In this document: positions 22,601 to 34,623 of the stretch, piece after piece
Numbering within the stretch: the first letter of the stretch is position 1
Layout: every line of letters starts with the position of its first letter
NCBI RefSeq assembly: GCF_964355755.1
Contig: NC_092672.1
Location: 10,478,001 to 10,542,000, forward strand
Length of the DNA stretch: 64,000 bases
Direction of reading: 5' to 3'
Source: Antedon mediterranea
Taxonomy: Eukaryota > Animalia > Echinodermata
The notes under the pieces: generated by a model
Told to the model about the DNA's origin: nothing
Databases searched by the model: none
Seen by the model: the letters and a program-made list of their open reading frames with translations, nothing else
Position numbers and translations under genes: made by a program

Positions 22601-25600
22601 TCACATAATAATAATAATATCCTGGATTTATATAGCGCCTAATGTTGTTAAACCTCTAAGCGCTGAACATTATTACCCCAGTCATTTTTTCATGATCAAA
22701 CACGGATGGAAACATGCTCCCATAATGCAGCTTGTAATCAGTGCAAAGTTGTGTTTTAATCTAACCGGGTCCCCATTTATACACCTGGGTGGAGAGAGGC
22801 AAACGTAAGTTTGAATGTTATATTTTAATGTATTACAGCTGATGAGAGAAGGTGCCAAGAAACTTATTGGGGAACATGACTTTAGAAACTTTTGTAAGAT
22901 GGATGTTGGTAATGGTGTGGTAACGTTTATGAGAAATATCCGGTCAGTTACTATAGAACAACTTGACAACAGGTAAGTCATTATTTGATCTTCTCAATAT
23001 ATACCAATAACTTTCTTAGTCAGGATAGTTTTGTTGAGGTCATTTGTTTACATCTTAAGTTGACCCTGAACACAATTTGTTTCGTACATATATTGGGGGC
23101 TCCTTATGTGGAAGAATTACAAATACAAGATAGCCAACCTACTTCCTAAATGTAATTTAGCCAAACCCTCTAAATAATCCCCCCCCCCACCCCCTATAAA
23201 GTTATTAAAATTACTCAAGGGAGTCTAACCCCATACATGCAATTTAGACCATAGTCTAAAACATTCGACTACACAGACGGCTCAATTCTAAGGTTTTGCA
23301 TTAGCGATTAGGCCATGTAAAAAACAAAGGTTGTTGATCGTCCTCGCCCGACATCAAAAATCGGCCCGCCTCATTTTTTTTTTTTTTTTTTTTTTTAAAT
23401 CCGGACGAAAATCCCGTTTTTCAACCTCAGATCAGTCGTCGCGATCGCAAAATTCAGAAATTCATCGCGATTATCTGGCACTCTATCGATAGTATCAATA
23501 TGCGCATGTGCAAGATACGGGTATCTAGCTTGATTTTGTTTATTTTTTTCACTGGCTTGCTGTACAGCGTGGGTTCTTTTTACATGTGATTTGCGAACAA
23601 TAGATCTTTATTGATACGTATTTACGCAGCTTAAATGCCTTTTGTGGTACTTTCTATTACCCGCGAGGGTAGTAGTTTGCCGATTAAAGATTTGTTTGGC
23701 TGCGAAGTCACGGCTGATGTAACATTATCAGAGTTGTATGTTGAATTGGACACGGGGAAGTTCGACGGTGAATCCGTCGTGGGCGATAGGCCTACGTTGC
23801 CCACAGTGTACGCCAGCGATAGGAAGCCCGGGAAGGGAGATGGTATGATCATTTTTGTGATACTGCAGTTCAGAACCATATACCAATATTTACTATTTTG
23901 ACCTTTATATCGCTTCATGTCAACATTTTGTCGAATCGTTACACTTTCATGATGCTTTGCTGCTTTTTTATAATAAAAAAAAAAAAAAAAAAAAGCCTCC
24001 CTCCCTCCTGATTTAAAAAAAAAAAAGGACGATCAACAATTTTTTTTTTACATGGCTTTATAGTCAAATCAATTCTTATGGCACACCTAAATAAGCAAAT
24101 TACTGAAAAAATGACAATGCTGTGGGTATCAGTGGCTGAATCTCAATAGAGATACAAAAAAAAAAGCGAAAAGCTAAATCAAAACGATAATGTAAAACGG
24201 CCAGAAAAATTAGCAGAGCTTTCGGGCAAAACTAGTCATATATATATATGGCACACTTAGACACACATACCATTACAAGTATTTTTAGAATAAAATGAAC
24301 CACCTCATTTAAGTAAGAAAACTGTGTAGCATCAACTTTACTGTGTAGTGTTTTCAACTGTGGAAATGTTTGTCTATATTGGTATTTTAAAACATATAAT
24401 TTTAAACTATGTTATTTCTTTCCTAGAGATGATGGTTTTCAACTATATGAGATAACTATAAATGGGAATGCATTCCTATATCATCAAATACGATGTATAA
24501 TGGCCATACTCTTTCTTATTGGTAAACGTCAAGAGAAGATAGAGGTAAAATAAAAAACAAATAGTCAGTGTAGTAGAAGCTTAAACGGCTTTATACCATT
24601 GCAAATCACCAAAGTTTTCTTATGGTAGGAGTTCTTAACGTTTGAATATATCTTAATTCTTATTATTATCATATTAATTTGGACAAAAAAATGTGATGTG
24701 CTTAAAATATGGTAGTGATATACATCACATTTTTTTGTCACATAAAATTTGATAGTGTAGACAAGGCTGGACTACAGTGCTCCAATGAAATTTTTCCACC
24801 TTGCCATGCAGGGAAATTTCTTGTCGTATCCATGGTTTGTTATTGAAGGCCGAAAGTTTCAATTAAATTGTTTTTCAGTTCTAACTTCCAATTGTTTTAT
24901 TATTGATTGTTAATCTACACTTTGTTTGTATTTAAATTAATGGAATAAATGTTTAGTTTATTAATAGATTGATTGATTTCTCTGTCTGTAGATAATTGAT
25001 GAGTTACTTGACATCGAAACCAATCCTTGCAAACCACAATACAGTATGGCTGTAGACTACCCTCTAGTTCTCTATGATTGTTCATTTGATGATATTAATT
25101 GGATCTATGACAGAGGTAAATCTATTCATCATCATCATTATTCATTAATGTCAATTTTCTTCATCCCAAGGGACTGTCACTCATTCAGCTCTGCCACACC
25201 TTCTCTCCACTTCTCCCTGTTTCATACCGTTTTCCTGCCCATCTTTTCTTAGAACCTCCATCTCAACTTATTTCTCATAAAAACCTCAGACCTGTGCTTA
25301 TCTTGTATATATTATCTTTTTGTAGATAACCACCAACATAATATTCAAAAACTACAACAAACTTGGACAGAGCTAACAATAAGGTAATTTGGTTGGCCCA
25401 TGACACTGTTTAAAACTAAAAGCAATGAAGCGTAAATTAGCATCTGCACATGCTCATTAATCTTCTATAGTAACTTTGTGCATTCATCTGGGTTTTTTTT
25501 TATAATTATTTATTACACTGATTGTATTTATGTAACTTTGTTATCATTAGAAGTACTGTGGTAAAACGAATGTTAGATGGATTGAGTGATGCTCCAATTC

Positions 25601-27036
25601 AAATAGAGGACACAGTTAATCGTAGTAAGTTTACTGTACTCTAAGGCTGTGTCTACTACACTATAAATGGGCATATCATATTTTGTTGTCACATAAAGCT
25701 TGATAGTGTAGACAGAGCTTAAGGGGTAGGGGTGAGGATTTAATTGCCATCATCTCCAGTACAACCATTGACCGATAACCATATTTTTTTAACAACGTAT
25801 TAAGGATGTACATGTGATTTAAGAACAATCGCGAGATTTACGATACGATCGCCGTACAGCCGTCACCTTAAATTTCTGTGACGTCACAAATGCATGGAAA
25901 AATCTACCTCATGAGTTTCCGCTATTGTTAACATACAAGAGATAGGTATTGTCACTTCAATTGCTAATTTGACCTGTATATTAGGCTTAAATTTGCAAAA
26001 ATATTTTGTCTGGTATTTTGAAGAAACACTTCAATATACAGGTGGGCAAAAGAAACAATAACAAATTCAACATTTATTTTTTTACGATTTATTTGAAAAG
26101 TGTGTTTGCTAGAATTGACCTGAAAAGAGTAGCTATAAACATGACGTATGATGCTCTGGAATCATCCAACCATATCTCACTAAAAACTTTTTAATACGAT
26201 CACGGTGAACATTAATTACTAATTTCTATGTAGGCACACTATGGCTACACTGTTTTTAAGTTAGTATAACAGTTAAGTGATACTATAATCAGTGAATTGT
26301 TTCCCTACTCAAGGTGCAATAAACCATATACCATGGAATGAGATTGCTGAACCAATGTTAAAACAATCGGATTACCTAACAATGGGAAAACCATCAAAAG
26401 TACATAAACCACTCATGCAGCGACAGAAAGGAGGTAAAAGTTTATTTGAATGATTACAATGTGGATTTTTTTTTAAGATAATGTCAGACGAGCCGAGGGC
26501 ATGTTGGTAGTCATTTTAAGCTTAATTTAAGAAATAATAATTTCTAGATGTACTGTTGACAATTAGAATTTGTAAAATGTTATTTATTTTTTAGATTACG
26601 TTGGGCTGACCACCCCTTACAATTTGCGCCTTATATAAACAGTGGCGAAACGCACAGGGCAAAGCCCCTGGTATATTATTCCTAAGGGGCCCTCCAACGC
26701 TGAGTAGTTACATTGGACTGCTCATGCTCTGGGGCCCTTAACCTCTCGAGACCCTGGGTTTAGCCAGTGAGCGCTCATATCCGTTACGCCACTGTATATA
26801 ATGAAAATAACATTCAATTGAATTTATCAAGGGCCTATAAGCTAAGCTTGGCCTCTATACCCAGGAATTACTTTCGTGGGAATCGGGTAATGAAGTATAA
26901 AAAAAAAATCTATTTTGTATTAAATATATGAAATTCGAAATTTACATTTAATTTTCCAGAAAGTCTAGAAGATCGAATTGAATTTTATGCAAAGAAAAGA
27001 AAAAGGAAAGAAGAACAGTCAGAAGAAGAAACATAA
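16628..27036 (+). CDS. PUS3: tRNA pseudouridine(38/39) synthase (TruA family), 13 coding exons, 488 aa, complete
   Basis: Exons 16628-16726, 17939-18147, 18413-18506, 20835-21027, 21859-21964, 22401-22461, 22839-22972, 24427-24544, 24992-25115, 25326-25383, 25551-25624, 26314-26433, 26960-27036. All introns GT-AG, phases consistent, total 1467 nt. Motifs RPFDF, RHVALRIAYLGWDYHGFASQE, catalytic RCGRTDKGVSA, LNRVLP, RTYKYFFP, GEHDFRNFCKMD, AFLYHQIRC, KPQYSMA. Confidence 0.95.
17125..17327. repeat. TTGCGCAA-rich quasi-palindromic repeat
   Basis: About 10 variants of AATTTCAAATTGCGCAA in 200 bp. Explains the spurious overlapping ORFs at 17092-17368. Confidence 0.75.
18547..18857. mobile_element. 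Two adjacent PIF/Harbinger-like MITE family A copies
   Basis: 18547-18693 and 18697-18857, separated by TAA. TIR AGCTYTGTCTACACTATCAAAC. Confidence 0.75.
19319..20800. mobile_element. Kolobok-like non-autonomous DNA transposon
   Basis: TTAA|AATGGACCTGAAATGGAATTTCGATTTT ... AAAATCGAAAATCCATTTCAGGTCCATT|TTAA: ~28-bp TIR, TTAA TSD, purine-purine start. Probable LINE-tail insert near 19950-20183. Confidence 0.75.
21155..21416 (-). mobile_element. tRNA-derived SINE with CORE-like domain (family C)
   Basis: (TAT)n tail, tRNA-like head and central TAGGCAAG...ACTTACGTTTGCCTCTCT. Copies at 22606-22811 (-), 38435-38626 (-) and 61743-61935 (+). Confidence 0.7.
23311..24057. mobile_element. Unclassified TIR element carrying an exon-like ORF
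   Basis: GGCCATGTAAAAAA...TTGTTGATCGTCCT matches AGGACGATCAACAA...TTTTTTACATGGC, with TTA flanks. Internal ATG 23635 opens a frame up to a GTATGA donor near 23843. Confidence 0.6.
26640..26794. mobile_element. hAT-like MITE
   Basis: CAGTGGCGAAACG / CGTTACGCCACTG TIRs. Flanks TATATAAA / TATATAAT (7/8 TSD). Related fragment near 15685-15750. Confidence 0.7.
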
Positions 27037-27133
27037 CGATATTATTTGAGAAGTTTATTTACTGAATTAAAAATATGCATATTGAAGCTGCTATTGGCTA
27101 CTTCCGTGATTCACAACGGAAATTAGCCAAGAC

Positions 27134-27350
27134 ACTTTCTTTCTTTTCTTTCTTTCGAATACTGCTTAACGATCCTTAAGGATCAAAACTAGCAGGGTTT
27201 GTGCGCATGCAGGGTCTTTGATATTTAGTCTCTGATTTCAGGTGATATGTTTTTTAAGTGTTCCTTTAATGCTTCCTTGAATAAATCACTTTCTGTAATG
27301 TTCTGTATATTTGGAGGTAGTTTGTTCAAGGAAGTCAAAACTTCCCAGAA
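27134..27350 (-). mobile_element. 3' end of a non-LTR retrotransposon (LINE)
   Basis: Minus-strand LNKLPPNIQNITESDLFKEALKEHL resembles the WNxLP...FKxxLKxxL ORF2 C-terminus. Followed by a short UTR and a (GAAA/GAA)n tail. Confidence 0.6.
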
Positions 27351-27679
27351 GCGAATTGTTTCTTGTAGATAAATGATGCAATAATAATAAGTTATTTGTT
27401 CTCTTTGTTTCCATTGACCACACATCAATCAATATCAATAACCTTTCTATGAAGTAAAAAAATAAGTTGCTCATGGGATTTGAACCCTATACCTTGACAT
27501 GAAAAGCCTGTAGTCTAAAGTCATTCAGCTAAACCAAAAAAATATATTAATTTTTTTGTGGAAGCACACTAATAATCTCACTAATAATTTCTTGTAAGAA
27601 AGAACAGCAAAGTTTCTGCATGGATCTGTTGAGCTGGAATCTATCTATGAGATTAGATTAGACTAGAATAAGAGCTTAA

Positions 27680-28273
27680 AGCTCAGGTACAGGCATGAAT
27701 TTTAAATATAATATTTGGTTAATTGTACATTAATCAAATATTTGTAACAGAAATCAAGACGAAAAAACATGAATTTCCCTTAATATGGTCAAAAACAAAA
27801 TTTGGCAAAATTCTTTCATAAAAACCAGGAAAACTTTTTTTCAGTAGTTAGGTTGTTAACCTAATGTAATAACATGTCTGGTGACTCCCTAGCAAGTGAA
27901 AAAAGATGGTGGATATACGGTGGATAATTTTTGCTATAGCATGAAAATAAAAATTTGAAGTTGAATAAAAATACCAGAAATGTAAAATTCAAGTTATATT
28001 ACCTATATTTAGTCATCTGATAACATTTTTTACCACACCGTTTATTTTTCATAGCTTTTTAAAATGCCTCTCTATTTACAAAATGTGTGTACAAAAGAAT
28101 AGAGATTTTACTGTGTAATTTGAACTATCCCCCCACTGATAAGAAAGTGCTTATTTTCAACAAGCTCGTGTAACACAAATAAAATCCCAAAAATTATGAA
28201 ACACAGGGGAAACTATAGATCGATAATTATTGGAATGTATGCTCAATAGAAATTTTTTGCCCGCACCTGGCCT
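27680..28273. mobile_element. Old Kolobok-like element
   Basis: TTAA-AGCTCAGGTACAGGC ... GCCCGCACCTGGCCT-TTAA degenerate TIRs. Confidence 0.45.
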
Positions 28274-29023
28274 TTAATATGTTAAGAAGTAATAACTAAT
28301 ATTTTATCTTAAAGAAATACTTTTGAAAGAAATAAAAGTTTTTACATATGATCTTGGTTTTTAAATGTGATGTGTGTTGGCATATTTCTTTTTGTAACTT
28401 TCAAAATTTCATTTTGTAACAAAAAATGTGATGTGCCCATATATGGACATGATGATGTCATATGACTACCTAATTTGGGCACATCACATTTTTTTTGTCA
28501 AAATAGTTTGATACCAGTGTAGACAGAACAAAATGTGGATTAAAATATAAAATGGACATTCTTATTTTTGCATTAACTTATTAACAATAATATCGTCATC
28601 GAAAAAGTCCTCGTTAAAGATTCCCTGTTGCAATTCATTCTGTACAGGATATTAAATGTCGCCCTCTCTAGTTGGTATTGTTTTTACCTTTACCAAGATC
28701 TTATTATGTACTAAATATGTGACACTACCCGCGTTTACGCGTAACACTTTAGAAGTGTCAAATTATAGTGCGCCCCCTCGCTTAAACAAGTAACGAACTT
28801 TTGCGTGACGATGATCGCAGTATTCTTTAGAAAACGGGATTGAGGAGTCGCGCCAAAGTTTGTATGGTTAAGAAACAATGAATGAAAAGAGAAAAAGTGG
28901 AGGGATGTACTGTGCTGCAATTAATTGTAAAAGCAATTTAAAGGCCAACCTAGAACTTAAGCTTTACAATTTTACAAGAACAGGTAAATGTATGTAATTA
29001 AATAAGTAGCATACATCTTAACA

Positions 29024-29215
29024 TAGGCCTATGCTATGTAGGCCTATGCTATGTAGGCCTGGCTGGGCTATGTAGGCCTATGCTATGTAGGCCTATGCTA
29101 TGTAGGCCTGGCTGGGCTATGTAGGCCTATGCTATGTAGGCCTAGGCCTATGCTATGTAGGCCTATGCTATGTAGGCCTAGGCCTATGCTATGTAGGCCT
29201 ATGCTATGTAGGCCT
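29024..29215. repeat. 15-bp minisatellite (TAGGCCTATGCTATG)n
   Basis: About 12 units with variants, inside the intron of the THAP relic. Confidence 0.9.
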
Positions 29216-29399
29216 GGGGGCTAATCTTACTTTACTGTATTCAATTTATACATATATTAATAAACTAGGCTAGGTAGGCCTATTATTAATAATTATTATT
29301 TAAACGTATGAAATGATTATTATTATCATTGTTAGGCTACTACCAGTACATTAGTTATATAACAGTGAAATTACACTAATTTTATTGTTCCCTGGTTAT

Positions 29400-30439
29400 C
29401 AGGCCCGTAGCCAGGGGGGGTTTTTATGGTTCGGGCGAACCCCCCCCCCCCCCCCCTTTACAGCGAACCCCCCTTAACCGACTGCGAACCCCCATCCCCG
29501 ACATGCCCAATACCTCACCCTCATCTCCAAAAATCCTCCAAATACGTGCCCCACAGTACAAAAAGTTGTTTGTAAATTGAAAAATTCGTAAACTTGTTCG
29601 TGAACCTTCTTCTCTGTATGAGCGTCAACTAGCGATACGTGTCTGTAAATTTCTAAAAGCTGCAAATGAATTGCCGATTTTAACCTGAAAAATAAATGTT
29701 TGGTCCCTGCATGTAACATGATATTGACGCGTCTCATAGCGAACTGGGGCACGAACGATTCGTACAAAGGACACCGCCAGATCACTGGCAGTCAGGCAGC
29801 ATGCATAAAGTATATAGCCTTCCGACGTACATCAGTATTTATGTGTGACTATGAAGTATAATGTATCATAGAGGATTATAGTGAATATTAATATTTTACA
29901 CTATAATATCTATGGTATCAAGTACTGTAGTTCACATTATGGCATCCGATTATTTTTTTCTAGACCACCAGCCGATACGTACTAAAATGTATCAATATCA
30001 CCTATTTAAATATTTATATTCCTCAACAAATTGCTGTAAATAAATATTATAGATAGAGCTAGCAAATAGCATTTGCCTTCAACCAGTGTGCTTTTTTCGG
30101 GGCTGCTCCTAGATGTACGTTCGCATTGAACTTGAACGCAAAACAAAATACGGAGTAAATGATCAAACAATCGGCGGTTCCGCACAGAGCACGCGCATCT
30201 AACATACGGCAACAAATAGTTATTGTCCTTTAAATTATCGACGTGTTTGAGAAGGAGGAAAAAAGTACGATCTTTTTGTTCATTGGTAGCATGCTGCACG
30301 AGAGTGTCTTTTCCGGCCATCTAGGGGTGTCATTTAACAAAATTCGCTTCGCATCAGGCCCCACTGCAGGGGGGGGGGGGGGTTGACCCAAATATTTAGT
30401 GTCCGAACCCCCCCTTGACAGATCCTGGCTACGGCCCTG
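29400..30439. mobile_element. Non-autonomous TIR element (CAGG termini) nested in the THAP relic
   Basis: CAGGCCCGTAGCCAGG ... CCTGGCTACGGCCCTG, with subterminal CGAACCCCCC repeats and G/C runs. Confidence 0.75.
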
Positions 30440-33400
30440 ATTACTTATCCTTTAAAATTTAGTACCCTTAACAAACAATTTTTAAAACTTTCAATTCAAG
30501 AAACATTTATTGACCAGATATATATCATTACAATTGTTGGCATATAAGTAAAAATTTGATCGAAAGACTACATTGGCATGTCGCTGTAGGCCTAGTCCCT
30601 CTTTTTACATTATACAAATAATAATAATAATACTTAATATAAACAAATTGTGATCTTGATTATTTCATGCTTTCCGTCTCATGGTTAATATTTGCTTTCT
30701 GTCTCATGGTTATTTTATTTCGTTTAATTTAACTAGCCGTTACGTAACATTACAGTATATTAACGCATGAAATGATTATTATTATCATTATTAGGTTAGG
30801 ACATTAGTTATAATAACAGTGAAATTACACTATTTGTATAGTTCCCTAGTTATATTAATTATCCGTTGAGTAGCCCTAACAAAAAATTTTTAATTGAATC
30901 TTATACTTAATATTTATGAAATTCAACCGTTAGTTAGTGGTTTTAGGTTAGGCTTAAGTATTTGATTTTAGGCCCAACCAATTTGAAAATCAATTAGCAT
31001 GCACGTAGACGTCCTATAATTACGTAAACGTTAATTATGATAAAGCAAAAACTCACTAGACAATTATTAATTTACAGGTGTGCAAAATGGGCCCAGAAAA
31101 CACGACGCGCGGATTTGAGAACGAAACCAAGTTTCTATTTACACCGTAATTGCCACTTGTGCAATATTCATTTCGAAGAATCTCAAATACTGATGGTCAC
31201 AAGAAGATTGCATGGAATGCAGTCCCTACAATATTTGATGTCCCAAATCCACCACACCAAGTAGTTAATGTCCTATCTGATCTATCTGTGAAAAGATTTT
31301 TGTTTCTAACTTTAACAAATACTTACATACATCAAACATCAGCAGAAAAATAAAGTTAAAAATCGCTACCATGTTACATAGATTTGGTATGAAGTTGAAT
31401 CTTTGTTCACCAGCAATTGAAACATTGCTAATTGAAACGTACGTAAACCTACGCATATTCTTCAACAGAGACATAATCAGTGATAAGAAGAAGAGTAAAA
31501 AATTAATTAAAGTATCACATTTATGAGGTATGGTAAAGTTGTAGGAGGTCTGTACGCGCCCCGGTCTGTGCATTATCGGCTAGAAATGATGATCATTACG
31601 ACGGTCTGGTATGATGATTGAATAATTGTAAATATGATGATTTTATTTCAATGTTTCTACATTTTTTATATTTCCTCTGGGTGGCCCGTGCATCATTTCG
31701 CAATAGTTAGGCTATTGAGTTAATTTTAAACTGAGACTACTATAACATAACTAATTGTTATCTCAGGTTTTAAATAAATTATAATAATAAATGAATGTCA
31801 TGGCGAATGATGGGTACATGTATGCCTAGTATGAATTGTCTCAGAATTGACTATCATAATCTGTTTCATATCATGCCTGTAGGCTTAAGCCTATGATTGT
31901 TTATAAATATATTCCGAAAAAATTACTGCAATAAAATAGTCGAAGTAGTGATTTTAAAAAGTGACTTCTTGTTCTTTTTTAATTGTTTATAACACACTAT
32001 TTGACTAATATATTTTCTTAATCTGCACTGTTTTGCTGCTGGATGAAAAAGAAGAACACATCAAGAACAAAAACGGAATACGATGCGCTTAGTGTTAATA
32101 CTCGCATAAATAAGTAGTAGTGATGTGAGTGATGATTACTCCTAGATAATGATTTTGAGGATGATGATAAACATTCAATAATAACAACAATATTCAGTAA
32201 TTAAAACAAATAGAGATATACAAAGTACAGGAAATAAGTCTATCATTATAATTTAACCGCACATTACCGTAATTATTGTGAGGAAAAAAATTGAGTATTC
32301 AGTTACAATACACAGTAGACATCTGATCCATAAATCTACTTGTTTGAGCGAGAGGGCGCCCTATAAAATGAGCTCCATGTGTGTTGCATGAATTGCACGT
32401 AAATTCCGAGAGTGTCACATCTTTAGTATATAAGATCTTTGTTTTTACTAATTCTGTGTATGTACTATATTACTTGAAAACAAATGTGTTATGGAGAGGG
32501 ACATGTGATATCGAAATGTAACCAACTCCGTCTCCCCTCTTCTCAGAATTTTTCTTAAACTGATATTGAAAGTTTGACTTTATATAGAGAATGTACTATT
32601 TTAACAATTGTGTTGTGCAAAATACTAAAATTCGGCAAATCATGATTTCAAGGGAGCATATTTTGTCACCATTAGAAGATTGTCTACCTAGACCTTAATT
32701 AAGCCTACTAGTAGTAGAAGTAAATATTTTGTTGTGTGATAGCATTGAGAGTAGTATACAAATAGAGAATGTTTATGAGTGTAATAGTCCAAATAATGGC
32801 ATGAGGTGAATGATGAAAGGTTATATTTCAACGAGGCGAAGCCGAGTTGATATTTAACCCTTCATCATTCACCAAATGCCATTGTTTGTACCATTACACG
32901 AATATAAAACATTTATTATTTGTTTTATATAACATCTAAATAGATTCCTGTCATTTGAATTTGATTCACATTGATAAAAAAGGTAAATTAAAATTTGGTT
33001 TTTAATAATATTATATTACGCCTAAATGTTATATTTATATGTTTTTATAAACACACCTACTGCTGAACTGTAGTGTTAATTATGTCAAAGAACGACCAAA
33101 AAATTCCTATGCCTAGTAGCTAGGCTAAAAATCCTACAAAAGATCTAAATCTATTTAAATGCCTTTTTGATCTAAATTAGTACATAGGCCAATATCTCTA
33201 TAGAAATGTACTTTCATCACGAAAAACCAGTCATAATATTCAAATCGCGGCGAAAGCACAAAATAGGTGGCGCTGTTGTATTTCAAAAGCAATTGGCCTA
33301 CTGTATATATAAAACAAAATATTTTCCAAACGCGAAAAGATTTTTTCGTACACAAACAAAAGTACTATTAAAATATAAAACAACATTTTATATTTTAAAT

Positions 33401-33990
33401 TGATAAAACTTAAAATAATTGGTAATAAGTGGTATTTAATTTAATTTGATTTTAATATTGATCATTTAGTGATGCTTCGATCTAAAAGACCTAATAAACA
33501 ATTTAGGATGAAAACATTTAGAATATTTTGTATTTGCCTCTCAGGAAAGAAAATCCGTCACCTTAACATTTCTACTTGACCTTTTTCTATCTCTACTTGT
33601 AATAATAATCGTATAGTATTCGCGCGCATTATTAGCATTCTACCGCGTAAACAGGTATGCGCGCGTGGTAGATATTGCGTAGGGATTTCCCCTTTCAGCA
33701 TAAACACGTGTTTAAAAATGAACTAAAAATATTTCATGCATTTATTCTTGAGTTAAAATTTGCTTTTGGTATGCCAGGGAAAGTTCTCTTTGGATAGACG
33801 GAGTTGACGAAATTCAAAATATTCACATACGTATCATAAGAATAAATTTAATTTTTCTTTCCCTAGTTATTTTATATGGGATGATGATTTAATTTAAACA
33901 CGTTTGTGTGTTGTAATTTGTTGTTGTATTATTTGCAGGACTTGATCCTGGCGCCATGGTGCTGGCTCCATGATTGTTGTTCAAAGCAAC

Positions 33991-34020
33991 CATAGAGATA
34001 TTATAATTAATATCTCTATG
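33991..34020. mobile_element. 30-bp palindrome with 7-bp TSD, P-element excision-footprint-like
   Basis: AAGCAAC|CATAGAGATATTATAATTAATATCTCTATG|AAGCAAC. Confidence 0.7.
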
Positions 34021-34499
34021 AAGCAACAAACAACATTTAGTTCCTTTCGTAGCCTACATGTTCTTGCTAGTACTGTATTTTCTAAATAATTGTAAACACC
34101 GGCATTTCAGTTAAACTTATATTTGTTCGATTTTTAAATATTTTTTGTGGGGCAACCTACTTCTTAAAAATGTATATGTTTAGTTTTATTTCCAAAAGCT
34201 GATAACGCCCTCTGTATATTCAAATCCATTTTCTTTTTTCAGCAGCAGTGAGGGGTTTCTATCATCATTTTCAGGAGCTAGAAGTGACCATTTTCCAAGG
34301 GACCCCACCCTGACCGTGCGAATGATAGAGTTTCTGTAATGGTTGGAACACACTCATTTTGACAGGGAATAACACAGAGAATTAAAATAATAAGGACTTT
34401 TCTTGAAGGAGTATAGTTCTAGGGTAAGTTCCGTTGCAGCCTAAAAGCGTATTATTGTTATAACCTAAAATTTCAAGCCATTTTAAGAGAAATAATCTT

Positions 34500-34623
34500 G
34501 CATTGTGACGCCGGGTGTTGGTTTGTGTCAAGATGGCCGCCGTGTTTACTGTGTGAGGGAGTTGGACATTTTACGATACATCTGCTATTGCTGTATAACC
34601 GTGAATTTGGAACGTAATTCTTG
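34500..34623 (+). promoter_or_regulatory. Candidate promoter / first non-coding exon of the G-beta gene
   Basis: YY1 motif CAAGATGGCCGCC at 34529-34541 and donor G|GTAAAG after 34623. A further candidate UTR exon at 37779-37831 has a strong acceptor and an AG|GTAAGT donor. Confidence 0.4.

Larger units (their letters stand above)
28693..32441 (+). mobile_element. P-superfamily-like transposon relic with split THAP-domain pseudogene
   Basis: ~30-bp imperfect TIRs (C[C/A]AAGATCTTAT..TACTAAA.ATGTGACACT) and inverted subterminal GCGCCC.CTCGCT. THAP exon 1 at 28878-28983 (CAAINC...LYNF) and exon 2 at 31078-~31263 (RCAKW..RRADL..LCNIHFEES..AVPTIF), with frameshifts. Confidence 0.7.

Noticed and set aside
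34243-34423. Possible additional upstream exon (CAG acceptor, GTAAGT donor)
   Set aside because: Splice signals alone, no recognisable coding frame; cannot be assigned without transcript data.
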